Below are positions 20,690 to 33,003 of a stretch of 64,000 nucleotides of DNA, one piece after another. The notes under the pieces are model-generated. The model searched no databases, was not told the DNA's origin, and saw only the letters and a program-made list of their open reading frames with translations. Where the stretch lies: the NCBI GenBank assembly GCA_963729625.1, contig CAVSOU010000005.1, forward strand, positions 1-64,000, given 5' to 3'. A program made the position numbers and the translations under genes. This stretch comes from an uncultured bacterium. Lineage in GTDB: Bacteria; Chloroflexota; UBA5177; JANWHV01. The stretch's first letter is position 1, and the number at the start of each line of letters is the position of its first letter.

Positions 20690-21760
20690 TCAGTCGAAGC
20701 TTCGCAGCGCAAGGCCGCAGGCGGTGAGCAGGGCCGTGGCGTCGCGCTGCACCGCCTGGGCCTTGGCGCGGGAGGAGAGCTTCATCTGGCCGAGCGGATC
20801 GCCCTTCTCGGCGGCGACGCCGACGCGGCTGGAGATCACGTCGGCGACGCCCGGAATGTTGGCGCAGCCGCCGCAGATCAGGATCTTCTCGGGCTGCGTC
20901 GCGGCCGGCTGCCGGAGGCCAGGTAGAACTGCAGCGAGCGGCTGACCTGCTGGGTCATGTCGTCGATGAACGGGTCGAGCACTTCGGACTGGTAGTTGCC
21001 CGGCAGGCCGCCTTCCTTCTTGGCGCGCCCGGCTTCCTCCATCGACAGGCCGTAGGTGCGCATGATTTCTTCGGTCAGCTGCTGGCCGCCGAAGGCGAAG
21101 TCGCGCGTGTAGACGACCTTCAGGTTGCGCAGCACGCTGAAGGTGGTGCTGCTGGCGCCGAAGTCGACGACCGCGATCGGTGCGGTCGATGCCGCCGTCG
21201 GGCATCTGGTGGCGTCATCAGGCGCAGGCGTTCTCGAGCGCGAAGGCCTCGACGTCGACGATGCTGCGCGGTCAGGCCCGGCGGCGTGCACCGCGGCCTG
21301 GCGCTGCTCGACGTTCTCGGTGCGGGTCGCGACCAGCAGCACGTCCTTGGTCTCGGGATCCTTCTCGGACGGCCCCAGGACCTCGAAGTCGTAGCTGACC
21401 TCGTCCATCGGGAACGGGATGTACTGGTCGGCCTGCATTTCGACCTGGGCCTCGAGCTCGCTCTCGCGCAGGCTCGCGCGGCATCTGGATGACTTTGGTG
21501 ATGGCGGCGTCGCCGCTGATCGCGATGGCGGCCTCGCGGCTCTTGGCGCCGGAGCGCTTGACCGCACGGCTGATCGCCTCGCCGACGGCTTCGGCATCGA
21601 CGATGGCCTTCTCGTTGATCGCGTTCTGCGGCGTGGGCTCGGCCGCATAGGACTCGACGCGGTATTGCCCGCCCGACATCGACAGCTCGATCAGCTTCAC
21701 CGAGGAGGTGGTGATGTCAAGACCCAGCAAGGGGCGGTACTTACGCGGAAATAGAAACAT
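20690..21760 (-). CDS. pilM: Type IV pilus assembly protein (FtsA-like), frameshifted
   Basis: LGLDITTSSVKLIELS, YIPFPMDEV, FGGQQLTEEI, ACGLALRSFD. Confidence 0.93.
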
Positions 21761-22066
21761 TGTTTTTCCTTTCCGTGTTCAGCTGACGTCCGGCGCCGTA
21801 AATCGCTGGTTCCACTATATACATAAGTTACGCAGAATATAGCTCAGGCAACGACGTTAAATTGAAAGTGAGCATTCAAATGCCTTCGGCGTGACACTTG
21901 CGCCACATGTCGCGCCAACATTTCGGTCCTATGGTCCATCAGCTCTGGGTGGCACCCATGGCACACTGCTGCCCGCCTCGACCACCATCGCTGGCCATGG
22001 CCGGATCGAGCGCGCAACGCACTTGTCAGTCAAATCCGTAGACCGGAAGCTTTCGTCCACCTTTCA

Positions 22067-24649
22067 GTGAGTTTGCTAAGTCGCAGTACTGCTCGCTGCT
22101 GATCAGCGGATGCCGTTGGCGCTGTTCCCTGTGCTGGGCGTCTTCGCCAATTCTGCCTGCGCCTAGTGCTATACATCTGGCCCGTCGCTGCCCAGTGCCG
22201 TTGATCGCATGCGCAACGTGGAGATGCAGGTGCCCCTGCGCGTCTACACCCGCGACGGCGGCCTGATCGCCCAGATCGGCGAGCAGCGGCGCATCCCGGT
22301 GACCTTCGACAGATCCCCGCCGCTGGTCCAGCACGCCTTCCTGGCGGCCGAGGACGACCGCTTCTTCCAGCACCACGGCATCGACTGACCGGGCGTGCTG
22401 CGCGCCATGGCGGTGGACCTGATCTCCGGCGACCGCGCCCAGGGCGCCAGCACCATCACCATGCAGGCCGCGCGCAACATGTTCCTCACGCTCGACAAGA
22501 CCTGACGCCGCAAGCTCCAGGAAGTCTTCGTCACCTACCGCATGGAAAGCGAGTTCACCAAGCAGGAGATCCTGGCGACCTACCTGAACGTGATCTTCTT
22601 CGGGCAGCGCGCCTACGGCGTCGCGGCAGCCGCCGAGACCTACTTCGGCAAGAGCCCTCGACCAGCTGACGGTGTCGGAGGCCGCGACCCTCGCCGGCAT
22701 CATCCAGGCGCCCTCGCGCTACAACCCCATCGATCAACCCCCAGCTGGCCAATGCCCGCCGCACCTACGTGCTGCGGCGCATGCTGGAGCTGGGCTACAT
22801 CGACGCCGAGGCCGCACGGCGGCCAACGCCGAGCCGATCGACGCCCGCGGCTACGCCCCCCTGTTCGACGTGGAGGCCCCGTACGTGGCGGAAATGGCCC
22901 GCCAGGAGCTGGTGCGCCGGCGTATGGCCCCGACGGCCGTGAACTGCCGGCTACAAGGTCTACACGACCATCGACGGGCGCCTGCAGACCGCCGCCAACC
23001 GCGCGCTGCGATCGGCCTGATCGAATACGACCGCCGCCACGGCTATCGCGGGGCGAGTCGAGCACGCGACCCTGCCACCGAATCTCGAGCCGGCTCGCCC
23101 TGGACCAGCTGCTCTCCAAGCACGAGCCGGTCGGGCATCCTGCAGCCGGCCGTGGTCGCTCTCGGTGGCACCGACCGTCCGCGCGGGTCTACATCCGCGG
23201 CATCGGGCACCGCCCAGATCGACTGGGACGGCATGGCCTGGGCCCGCACCGCTGGTCAACGGGCGCCTGGGCGGCTGCCGAAGAAGGCCGGTGACGTGCT
23301 CGCCCGCGGCGACGTCGTCTACGTGGTCACCGACCGGCACGGCAATGCCCAGCTTGCCCAGATCCCGGAGGCGCAGGTCGGCGCTGGTGGCGATGGACCC
23401 CGACGACGGCGCCGTGGTCGCCCTGGTCGGCGGCTTCGACTACTACAGCAACCAGTTCAACCGCGTGACGCAGGCCAAACGCCAGCCGGGCTCCGGCTTC
23501 AAGCCCTTCCTGTACTCCGCGGCGCTCGACAACGGCTTCACACCCGCCTCGATCATCCTGGACACGCCGATCGTGATCGAAGGCAACGGGATCGAGGGCG
23601 CCTGGCGCCCGCAGGACTTCGAACGGGAATTCGGCGGCCCGACCCGGATGCGCGAGGCGCTGGTGGAGTCGCTGAACCTGGTGTCGATCCGCATCCTGCG
23701 CGACCTGGGCACCGCGACCGCGATCGACTACATGACGCGCTTTGGCTTTGAGAAGGCGGCACTGCCCGACAACCTGACGCTGGCCCTCGGCACGACGCAG
23801 GCGACGCCGCTGCAGATGGTTACCGGCTACGCGACCTTCGCCAACGGTGGCTACAAGGTCGACGCCCTACCTGATCGAGCGGATCGAGAACTCCGCCGGC
23901 AAGGTGCTCTTCCAGGCCGCACCCGCCGTGGTCTGCCGCGAGTGCGAGAGCGCCGCAAGCTCCGCTGCGGTGCTGGAGGCCGCAGCGGCCCCTGCAACCG
24001 ACCGGGGGAGGCCGCGCCGCTCACGCTGCCGCCGCTGCCGCCGACCCCCTCGCCTGAGCTCATCGCCGCGCGCAACGCCGATGCTCCGGCGGGACTTCAG
24101 GCCCTGGCGGCACGCTCTGCGTCGGCATCGCTCCTCAGGCCTGAGCGCATCGCGCCGCGGGTGATCACGCCGCAGAACGACTATCTCATGGTCGACATGA
24201 TGGCCGACGTGATTCGCCGCGGTACCGGCCACGGCGCCATGGTGCTGGGACGCAAGGATCTGGCCGGCAAGACCGGCACGACAAACCAGGTTCGCGACAC
24301 CTGGTTCAATGGCTTCAACACCAGCCTCGTCAGCACCGTGTGGGTCGGCTATGACATCGAGCAGCCGCTGGGTGAGACCGAGCAGGGCGCGCGTACGGCG
24401 CTGCCGATCTGGGTACACTTCATGCGCGAGGCCTTGAAGGGCGTGCCCGAGAAGGTGCGACCGATGCCGCCGGGCATCGTGCAGCTGCACGTCTCCTCCC
24501 GCACCGGGGCGATTGCCAACGCCAGTGACCCCGACGCGATCACTGAAGTCTTCATGATCACGCATCTGCCTGCAGGGGTCCGTGCCGGATCGGCAGATTC
24601 GCCCACGCCGCCCCCGCCGCAGCAAGGCACGGGCGAGGGCATCTTCTAG
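22067..24649 (+). CDS. mrcA: Penicillin-binding protein 1A, frameshifted
   Basis: AEDDRFFQHHG, QGASTITMQ, RKLQE, RQPGSGFKPF, SLN, AGKTGTTN. Divergent from pilM. Start approximate. Confidence 0.92.
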
Positions 24650-24660
24650 AGACCAGAGAC

Positions 24661-25294
24661 ATGGGCAAGAAGCCTCCGACGCGCGCGGGACCATCTGCGC
24701 GCCGCCATCGCGCAGGAGTCCGCGCGGCTCATGGCCGAGCACGGTATCCGCGACTTCGGCGTGGCCAAGCGCAAGGCCGCCGAGCGTTTCGGCGTTACCG
24801 ACGGCCCGCTGCTGCCCCGTAACACCGAGATCGAGGCGGCGCTGCAGTCCTACCAACGTCTGTTTGGCCGGGGTAGCCACGGGCAGAACCTGGAACGCCT
24901 GCGCCGCGCCGCGATCAAGGCGATGAAGCTGCTCGCAGCCTTCGAGCCGCGACTCGTGGGCCCGGTCCTGTCCGGTACCGCGACCGAGCATACGGACGTG
25001 CAGCTGCACCTGTTCTCCGACAGCCCGGAAGCCGTCTACATCAGCCTCATGGACCGCCAGCTGCCGCACGAGGTGATCGACCGGCGCGTGAAGATGCAGG
25101 CCGACCGGCAGATCACCGTGCCGGGCCTGCGATTCGCGCTCGGCGACGCGACGGTGGAGGCCCTGGTGTTCCCGAGCGACGGCATCCGCCAGGCCCCCAT
25201 CAGCCCGGTGGATGGGAAACCGATGCGCCGCGCCAGCGCCGCTGAAATCGACGCCTTGCTGGATAGGGCGGGTGATGTGAATTACGCCTCATGA
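24661..25294 (+). CDS. Conserved hypothetical protein (nucleotidyltransferase-like)
   Basis: AKRKAAERFG, LPRNTEIE, FEPRLVGPVLSGTA, DVQLHLF. Indel near ATG 24661. Confidence 0.7.
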
Positions 25295-25452
25295 CGCCCC
25301 CAAATGGACCGAAGCCCGCACGGGGTAGTGGCGGCTGCGCGTTTGTTCACATTTTGCGCGGCAGCATAGGGGGTTAGGCAGGTCATTGAAGTACCATATT
25401 TGCAGCGGTCGCTGACCTGCCTGTCGCATCTTAATTTGGCCTGGGTCCTCCA

Positions 25453-28400
25453 ATGATTTCGAAAGAACAACGCGGCGTGGTAGTGGATCTTTGGAAAGAG
25501 ATTCTCAGTCTCACCGAGATTGATCTGGACCATGCATTCGCGGATCTAGGGGGTACCTCCCCTGGCGGCCAATCAGTTCGTTGCCCAGTTGGCGAGCCGC
25601 ACTGGGATCACCATTCCGGTCATCCGGGTCTTCGAATACCCAACGCTACGATCACTGCTGCACTACCTCAGCGAGGGTGCGACCGCAGCAACGGCCACAC
25701 CCACACCACGTCGCCGTCACAAGACTTCTCCCGCGGGAGAGGTTCGCACGGATCACGACATCGCGATCGTCGGCATGGCCTGTCGGTTTCCCGGCGCGCA
25801 GAACCTCACCGAATTCTGGCAAAACCTTCTCGAAGGCCGCGACACCATCCGCGCTCTGTCGGACCAGGAACTCAGTCCCGAAGTGCCCCAGGAAGTGCGC
25901 AACGACCCGCGCTACGTGCGCGCCGCCGGACTGATCGACCAACCGTATGCGATGGATGCCGCCTTCTTCGACATCAAGCCGATGGAGGCGCGGCTGACCG
26001 ACCCGCAGCAGCGCGTGCTGCTTGAGACAAGCTGGGACGCGCTCGAAAACGCCGGGCACGGGCCAGGCAGCTACGCCGGTCGCACCGCCGTCTTCGCAGG
26101 TACCGAAGACAATACCTATTACAAGACTGAAATCAGCCCCTTTCCAGAAGCCGAAGCACGCGCCGGCCGTTTTTCGGTTATGACCGGCAACGAGAAGGAC
26201 TTCTCGGCGATGCGCGTTGCGCACAAGCTCGACCTTCGCGGTCCAGCGGTGAGCGTCAACACGGCGTGTTCGACTTCGCTCGTAGCGGTCGTCATGGCCT
26301 GCAAGAGCCTGCGCAGCGGCGAGTGCGACCTTGCCCTGGCCGGAGGGGCCGCTGTCCACTTTCCAACCCCCGAGGGTTACTACTTCCAGGAAGGCGGGGT
26401 GTTCAGTTCCGACGGCCACTGCCGACCGTTTGACCAGGACGCACAGGGAACTGTCTTCACCGACGGCGTGGGCGTTGTCGTGCTCAAGCGCGTCGAGGAC
26501 GCAATTCGCGACCGCAACACGATCTTTGCGGTGATTCGTGGCGGAGCCGTCAATAGCGATGGCGCCAACAGGGCCTCGTTTTCGGCCCCGAGTGTGAGCG
26601 GGCAGGCCAGTTGCATCGCTGAGGCCCTGCGTGATGCAGGCGTCGATCCGGCGACGATCGGCTACGTGGAAGCACACGGCACGGCAACGCCGGTGGGCGA
26701 CCCCATCGAGCTCGAAGGGTTACGGCAAGCCTTTGGCAAGCAGTCCGGGCGACGGCAGTACTGCGGGCTGGGTTCGGTCAAGAGCAATATCGGTCACACC
26801 ACGACGGCAGCTGGCGTCGCCGGCTTGATCAAAGCCGCCCTGGCATTGAAGAACGGCGTGATTCCGCCCTCGCTGCACTACCGACGCCCCAATCCGGCGC
26901 TCGATATCGAGAATTCGCCGTTTTACGTTGTCGATCGCAAAACCGATTGGCCTCCCGGGCCAGCGCCGCGCCGCGCCGGCGTCAGTTCCTTTGGTATCGG
27001 TGGAACCAACTCGCACGTCGTGCTTCAGGAGCCGCCGGCGATGTCGCCAGCACCCAGCCCGGCCATCGATCGGCCGTTTGAGATCCTGCCGGTTTCCGCG
27101 CGCACCGCCACGCAGCGTGACGCGCTGCTACAGTCGCTCTCGAGCCGAGATCCAACTCCTTGCGCGGGATCTGGCCTACACATTGCAGCATGGTCGCTCA
27201 CGTTTCCCGCGCCGGGGTGCGGCGATCCGCCTGCCGCGATGGCCCGGCGTTGACACGCAAATTAAGGCGACCCAGGCCGCACTGGACGAACCCAGCCTCG
27301 TTCTTCTGTTCCCTGGCCAAGGATCGCAATACATCAAGATGGGACACAGCCTGTATGGCGAGTTTCCCGAATTCCGTCAGACATTCGACCCATGCTGCGA
27401 CTGCTGAGTCAGGAGACTTGGTTTTGACTTCAAGGCCTTTATTTTCGACGAGGCGAACAAGGAAACGCTCGAAAACACGCGCTATACGCAGCCGGCGCTG
27501 TTCGCGATCGAAATTTCGATCGGCCGCATGCTGCTCGACTGGGGCTTGCGGCCGCAATTGATGGTTGGCCACAGCATCGGCGAATTCGCCGCGGCGCACC
27601 TGGCCGGCGTCTTCTGCGCTGGAGGACGGGATCAAGATGATCGCGGCGCGCGGCAGACTGATGGCCGATTGCCGCAAGGACGCATGCTTTCGGCGCGAGG
27701 CCCCCAGGACACCATGCTCGCCGCGGCCGGCGAGACGGTAGACGTTGCGTCGGTAAACGGTCCGGTCCACAGCGTGCTTGCCGGTGCCGACGAGCTGATC
27801 GCGCGGGTGCAAGAGCGCCTGGAGTCCGCGGGCATCTCGTGTCGGCCGCTGCATACCTCGCATGCGTTTCACTCGGCGATGATGACGCCGGTCATCGAGC
27901 CTTTCCTCGAAATTGTGCGCAGCGTGGAACTGCACGCACCGGACCGGACCATCGTGTCCACGGTTACCGGCGAGGTGCTCACGGCAGCCAACGCCACGGA
28001 TCCGATGTACTGGGCCAATCACCTGCGGTCGACCGTGAACTTCAGCGGCGCCGTGTTCAAGGCCCTGGACCTGGGCGGTAACATCTTCCTGGAATGCGGC
28101 CCGCGCACAACCCTAACGACGCTCGCCGTACAGCACTTTGCCAAGTCCCAGAACGCATCGGCGTCGCACGTTGCCATTTCCATGCTCGGCGACAATCCCG
28201 AGATGCAGACGGAACTGGGCGGCATTGGCAGTGCCTTGGCACGACTGTGGTGTGCCGGCGTGGTGCTGCAGTGGGACAGAATCTGGTCGCCGGGCCGCAA
28301 GGTTCCGCTGGTTACCGGCTACCCTTTCAATCGCAAGAACTTCCTATTCTCGGAAGGCAGGCAGCCGGAGCTGCGCTCTGCCCCAATACCGCATAACGCC

Positions 28401-29519
28401 CCTGCTCATGCACCGAGCCTGCAACGGATGGCCACCGCGCCAGCTGCCACCGGAACGGCGGAGGCAGCCCTGTCTGCCGCGCCTGTCATGGAACAGCGCG
28501 CGCTATTGCTTGCGCAGCTTGAGGCGCTGTTTAGCGGGTACGCTGGCGTTTCGGTATCCGCCAGCCAGGCGACCTTCGTTGAGCTGGGATTCGACTCACT
28601 GGTGTTGGTGCAGATCGGCGTGGAGATCAGCAAGACTTTCGGTGTTTCCATCGCGTTGCGCGACCTGATGGAACGCCTGAATACGCTACCGCTACTCGCA
28701 GGCCACCTCCTTGAAACGTCTTCGCCCGACAGGCTGCCGCGGGAGCTGCGCGCCCCTTCCGCCCCGATTGCTCCTGCTTACCAGCCGTCTCCCGCGCCAC
28801 ATTCGCCGGCCTACGGTGCTGCGCCGGTGCCCATTACTGCCGAGCCCGTGCCCGGCACCGCCACCCAGGTTCGCGAGCTACTCCTTGCCGGCCTGGAAAG
28901 GCTTTTTGCCGCGCACTCCGGACTTGATATCCAGGCCAGTCCGTCAACATTTCTGGAGCTCGGACTCGATTCCCTGGTCTTGGTGCAGATTGGCGTGGAG
29001 ATCAGCAAGACTTTCGGTGTTTCCATTGCCTTGCGTGACTTGATGGCGCGTCTCAACAGCCTGCCGGCCCTGGCGGACCACATCCTCTCCTCTGCGCCAC
29101 CTGACCGACTGCCACGCGTGGCCCGGCCGATGCCGATATCCGCAATGGCGCCGCCCTCTCCTGTTCCTGCAATGCCTGCATCCATTGCCGCGGCACCGAC
29201 CCTTAGCTCGCAGGCGGTGGCTGCGGCACTGGCGGCGGCGCCCGCCGATGCTTTGCAGGTCATGCAGCAGCAACTTCGGGCCATGCAGGCTTCCATTGCC
29301 GAGCAGCTGACGCAGCTTGAAAAGATGACTCCCCTGTTGCAGGACGCCGCCCGAGCAGCCCGGAAGCCCGATGCGCCTGCCCCGTCAGCGCCCGCGCTGA
29401 TTCGTGCACGGCATGCACAGCCTCCACAGGAGGGAGCCTTCAGGGCGGCAGACAACGCGGGTGACAAGTGGGTCGCCTATGACGTGAATCGTCGCCGCTA
29501 CGAACTGATCACACGGTAG
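25453..29519 (+). CDS. Type I PKS, ACP-KS-AT-ACP-ACP (about four frameshifts)
   Basis: N-terminal ACP DLGGTS(L). KS motifs DIAIVGMACRFPGA, TACSTS, EAHGTAT, KSNIGH. AT motifs GQGSQ, GHSIGE, HAFHS (malonyl-type). Two ACPs, LGFDSL and LGLDSL. Confidence 0.9.
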
Positions 29520-29529
29520 CGCAACCATC

Positions 29530-32500
29530 GTGCCAGATGAGTCCCGTGCGAATGCGGCCGAAGGTATGGATTTAGCGGCGAAACACTTCGGCGCAGAGAT
29601 CCGTGTCGCATCCTCAGCCGCGCAGCGAGAGATATTCAGTGCATCCTGCTGCAGCCCCGATGCCTCGCTCGCCTACAACCAGTCCATCTCGCTGTTCTTC
29701 AGCGATCGGCCGGATCCGGATGCCCTGTATTCAGCGCTGCTGAATCTGCTGCATCGCCATGAAGCGTTGCGGGGCCACTTCAGCACCGACGGCATGTCAT
29801 TCATCATCCGCGAACGCATAGCGTTCGAGTTGCCGCTGATCGAGCTGGCGGGCGAAACGGCGCTGGAGCGCAAGGCCAGCTACGACCGAGCCGTGCAGGA
29901 TGAGCTGGGACATGTATTCAACCTGACAGAAGGTCCGCTGTTTCGCGCCCTTCTCTTCAGTCGCGCCCCCCAGGGATGGGTTCTGCTCTTCAACTGCCAT
30001 CATGCCGTGGTCGACGGCTGGTCGTTGAACATCATCCTGCGCGAGCTGCCGGCGCTGTACAGCGACCTTGTGAGCGATCGTAGCGTTGCCAGCCTCCCTT
30101 CGCCGGACTCCTTCGCGGCACATCTGGCCTATGCCGTAGCGCAGGAACGCAAGCTTGGCCCGGCCGCATACCGCTATTGGCGGCAGACCTTTGCGGATGG
30201 GGTTCCGGTACTGGATTTGCCACTGGATCGAATTCGGCCCAACACACGCACCTACCAGTCGAGGCGGGAAGACTACAAAGTTGAGCGCTCGGTTTACGAG
30301 AACCTCAAGCGCGCCGGTGCCAAGGGGGGAACCACTCAATTCGGCACCTTGATGGCCGTATACGCGCTGTATCTGGCGCGGATCTCCGGTCAGCAGGACT
30401 TTGTCATCGGGGTACCTGCGTTCGGACAGGTCACCGCCGGCAAGGGAAATCTCCTGGGACACGACGCGCGGCTTATCCCTGTTCGCTGCGTGATCGAGGA
30501 ACAGGACAACTTCACGGATTTTGCGGCGCGGTTGCGGCGGCGCTTTCTGGAGGCCTACGACCATCAGTGGGTGAGCATACCTGGCCTGATCCGAGAACTC
30601 GGCGTGGATGTAGATCGTGCCCGCGCGCCCCTGGTATCGGCGATCTTCGGCTTCGACCCCGGTATGGAGACGCCATTTCGGTTTGGCGATCTGACCGCCA
30701 GGCACCATTACAACGAGCGGCTTGGCGAGACCTTTGAGATTCAGCTCAACGCCGTCGTGGAAGATGGTGAGTTGATTCTGGAGTGGAGTTATAACGCCGC
30801 GCTGTTCGACCGTGAGCAAATGCATGCGCGCCTCATGCAGTTTGAACATCTCATGCGCGCCATCGCTGAGCAGCCCGATTGCAAGGTGCTCAGTCTGCCG
30901 CTGCTGCCTGGACCTCAAGTCCGGGAAATGGAGATGCTGCTCAATCAGACCGCCTTTCCTTTCGAACGGGAGTTGTGTGTCGACCAATTGGTTGAGCGCA
31001 GCGTCGACGCGCATCCGCAGGCCATTGCTGTGGAGTTCGGGGACCAGCGGCTCAGTTACCGGCAGCTGTGGGACAGATCAGGCCAGGTCGCCAATGCGCT
31101 GGCCTCCGCAGGTGCGGGTGCCCGTTCGCTGGTTGGCGTGATGCTGGAGCGATCCGCGGATCTAGTAGCCGTTCTTCTGGGCGTGTGGCGCGCTGGCGCG
31201 GCCTTTGTTCCGCTGGATCCGGCCTATCCCGCGGATCGCCTGGACTACATGGTCGAGCATTCCGGAATGCGCGTGCTTCTCACCGAACGTGCGCTGGAAC
31301 GCCCCGAGGATGCCCAGCGGCTTAAGTGCATCTACGCCAGTGAGATTGCGCCTGAGACCCCGTCGACCTTCCCGTGGCGCGCCGGACGCAACTCGGAAGA
31401 TCGCGCCTACGTAATCTACACCTCAGGATCCACGGGGAAGCCGAAGGGTGTACAGGTACCGCATCGCTCGCTCAACAACTTCCTGACTTCCATGCGTACT
31501 CGGGAGCCTGGATTTGCGCCCGCAGGACGCCTGTTGGCGGTTACAACACTCTCGTTCGATATTGCGGAGCTTGAGCTGTGGCTGCCGCTGGTGTCTGGGG
31601 GTACGACAGTCATCGCTGACCGCGCCACTGCCTTTGACGGCGCGGCTCTGATTCGATTGCTCAGTTCGGCGCGAATCACCGTACTGCAAGCCACGCCCGC
31701 AACCTGGCGTCTGCTCCTCTATTCAGGCTGGGCAGGCGATCGTGATCTAACCGCACTGTGCGGGGGCGAAGCGCTTCCGCGCGACCTTGCTGACGCGTTG
31801 CTTGAGCGCGTAGGCATACTTTGGAACGTCTACGGACCTACGGAAACAACCGTGTGGTCCACCATTGATCGCGTCGGACCTGGGGCCATCGCCGTTGGGA
31901 AGCCCATTGGCAACACGCAGACGTACATTCTCAACGGCAACAATGAGTGGGTGCCGCGGGGAAGCGTCGGTGAACTGTGGATCGGCGGGGACGGCGTTAC
32001 CGCAGGCTACCTCGGGCGCGAGGATTTGACGCGTGAGCGCTTCCTGCCCAATGTGTTTACCGGCCACGGCCTGATGTACCGAACTGGCGATTTGGTGCGG
32101 TTGCGTCTTGACGGCCGGTTGGAATACATCGGCCGAAATGACTTCCAGGTGAAGGTCCGTGGTTACCGGATCGAGCTCGGCGAGGTCCAACACACCCTCG
32201 CGCGCCTACCAAAGATCAGACAGTGCATAGTCGTGGTAAAGGAACGTGAGCCTGGCGACAGCCATCTTGTCGCCTACTACACGCTGCACAGCGGCCGACA
32301 GACTGACGCCACAGAGCTGAAGGATGAACTGCGCCAGAGCCTGCCGGACTACATGATCCCTGGCTGGTTCGTAGAGCTTGAGAGCCTTCCCCTTACGGAT
32401 AATGGCAAGATCAACGTCAAGGCTTTACCGGATCCGTTCGCATCGGCCCCAGATAACTCAGCCGAATCTGACAAAGGGCTTCACCTCGTCGAGGACATTC

Positions 32501-33003
32501 TTAGGGGAACCCCCACAATCACCGAATGTGCGCTACTAGCCAGCTCTCCAAACGAGCCTGATCGTCGGCCAGTGGCCTTCCTCGTGCGGCACGGACCCCA
32601 TCAGCCGACAGTCATAGCTGTTCGCAAAATGCTGGTCGGCAAAGTTCCCGAGGCATTGATTCCAGATACCGTAATCTCGCTGGCGGAACTTCCACTTAGC
32701 AAGTCACGGCAGGTGGATCGCTCTCGCCTGGGTCGGCTTATCCCGAGCCAAGGCATCGAACCCACTACGGACACGGAAAGACTGCTCATGTCGACGTGGC
32801 GGACGCTTCTAAACATCAAGGCAGTCCATCGGGACGACAGGTTTTTTGACCTGGGCGGTGACTCCTTGCTGGCTGTCCAACTAGTTCAAAGAATTTTGGA
32901 GATCACAGGTTTCGGTCTGGAGCCTCGCGACATCGCCACCGAGAGTCTGTGGAAGTTGGCGCAGAACATTTTGCCTACCCGTGCGGTCGGGGAAGGACAA
33001 TGA
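29530..33003 (+). CDS. NRPS module C-A-(degenerate second Asub)-T, predicted Gly-activating
   Basis: HHAVVDG, YTSGSTGKPKG, YGPTE, YRTGD, NGK, LGGDSL. Manually extracted specificity code DILQLGVVWK resembles the Gly code. No TE. Confidence 0.9.
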   Translation: MPDESRANAAEGMDLAAKHFGAEIRVASSAAQREIFSASCCSPDASLAYNQSISLFFSDRPDPDALYSALLNLLHRHEALRGHFSTDGMSFIIRERIAFELPLIELAGETALERKASYDRAVQDELGHVFNLTEGPLFRALLFSRAPQGWVLLFNCHHAVVDGWSLNIILRELPALYSDLVSDRSVASLPSPDSFAAHLAYAVAQERKLGPAAYRYWRQTFADGVPVLDLPLDRIRPNTRTYQSRREDYKVERSVYENLKRAGAKGGTTQFGTLMAVYALYLARISGQQDFVIGVPAFGQVTAGKGNLLGHDARLIPVRCVIEEQDNFTDFAARLRRRFLEAYDHQWVSIPGLIRELGVDVDRARAPLVSAIFGFDPGMETPFRFGDLTARHHYNERLGETFEIQLNAVVEDGELILEWSYNAALFDREQMHARLMQFEHLMRAIAEQPDCKVLSLPLLPGPQVREMEMLLNQTAFPFERELCVDQLVERSVDAHPQAIAVEFGDQRLSYRQLWDRSGQVANALASAGAGARSLVGVMLERSADLVAVLLGVWRAGAAFVPLDPAYPADRLDYMVEHSGMRVLLTERALERPEDAQRLKCIYASEIAPETPSTFPWRAGRNSEDRAYVIYTSGSTGKPKGVQVPHRSLNNFLTSMRTREPGFAPAGRLLAVTTLSFDIAELELWLPLVSGGTTVIADRATAFDGAALIRLLSSARITVLQATPATWRLLLYSGWAGDRDLTALCGGEALPRDLADALLERVGILWNVYGPTETTVWSTIDRVGPGAIAVGKPIGNTQTYILNGNNEWVPRGSVGELWIGGDGVTAGYLGREDLTRERFLPNVFTGHGLMYRTGDLVRLRLDGRLEYIGRNDFQVKVRGYRIELGEVQHTLARLPKIRQCIVVVKEREPGDSHLVAYYTLHSGRQTDATELKDELRQSLPDYMIPGWFVELESLPLTDNGKINVKALPDPFASAPDNSAESDKGLHLVEDILRGTPTITECALLASSPNEPDRRPVAFLVRHGPHQPTVIAVRKMLVGKVPEALIPDTVISLAELPLSKSRQVDRSRLGRLIPSQGIEPTTDTERLLMSTWRTLLNIKAVHRDDRFFDLGGDSLLAVQLVQRILEITGFGLEPRDIATESLWKLAQNILPTRAVGEGQ

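Noticed and set aside
22386-22505. Stop-codon reassignment (two in-frame TGA at plausible Trp positions in mrcA; TAG at 5793 in tesA)
   Set aside because: TGA and TAG terminate many genes normally in this window and TGG encodes Trp. These sites lie in error-rich regions and are best explained as base-call errors.
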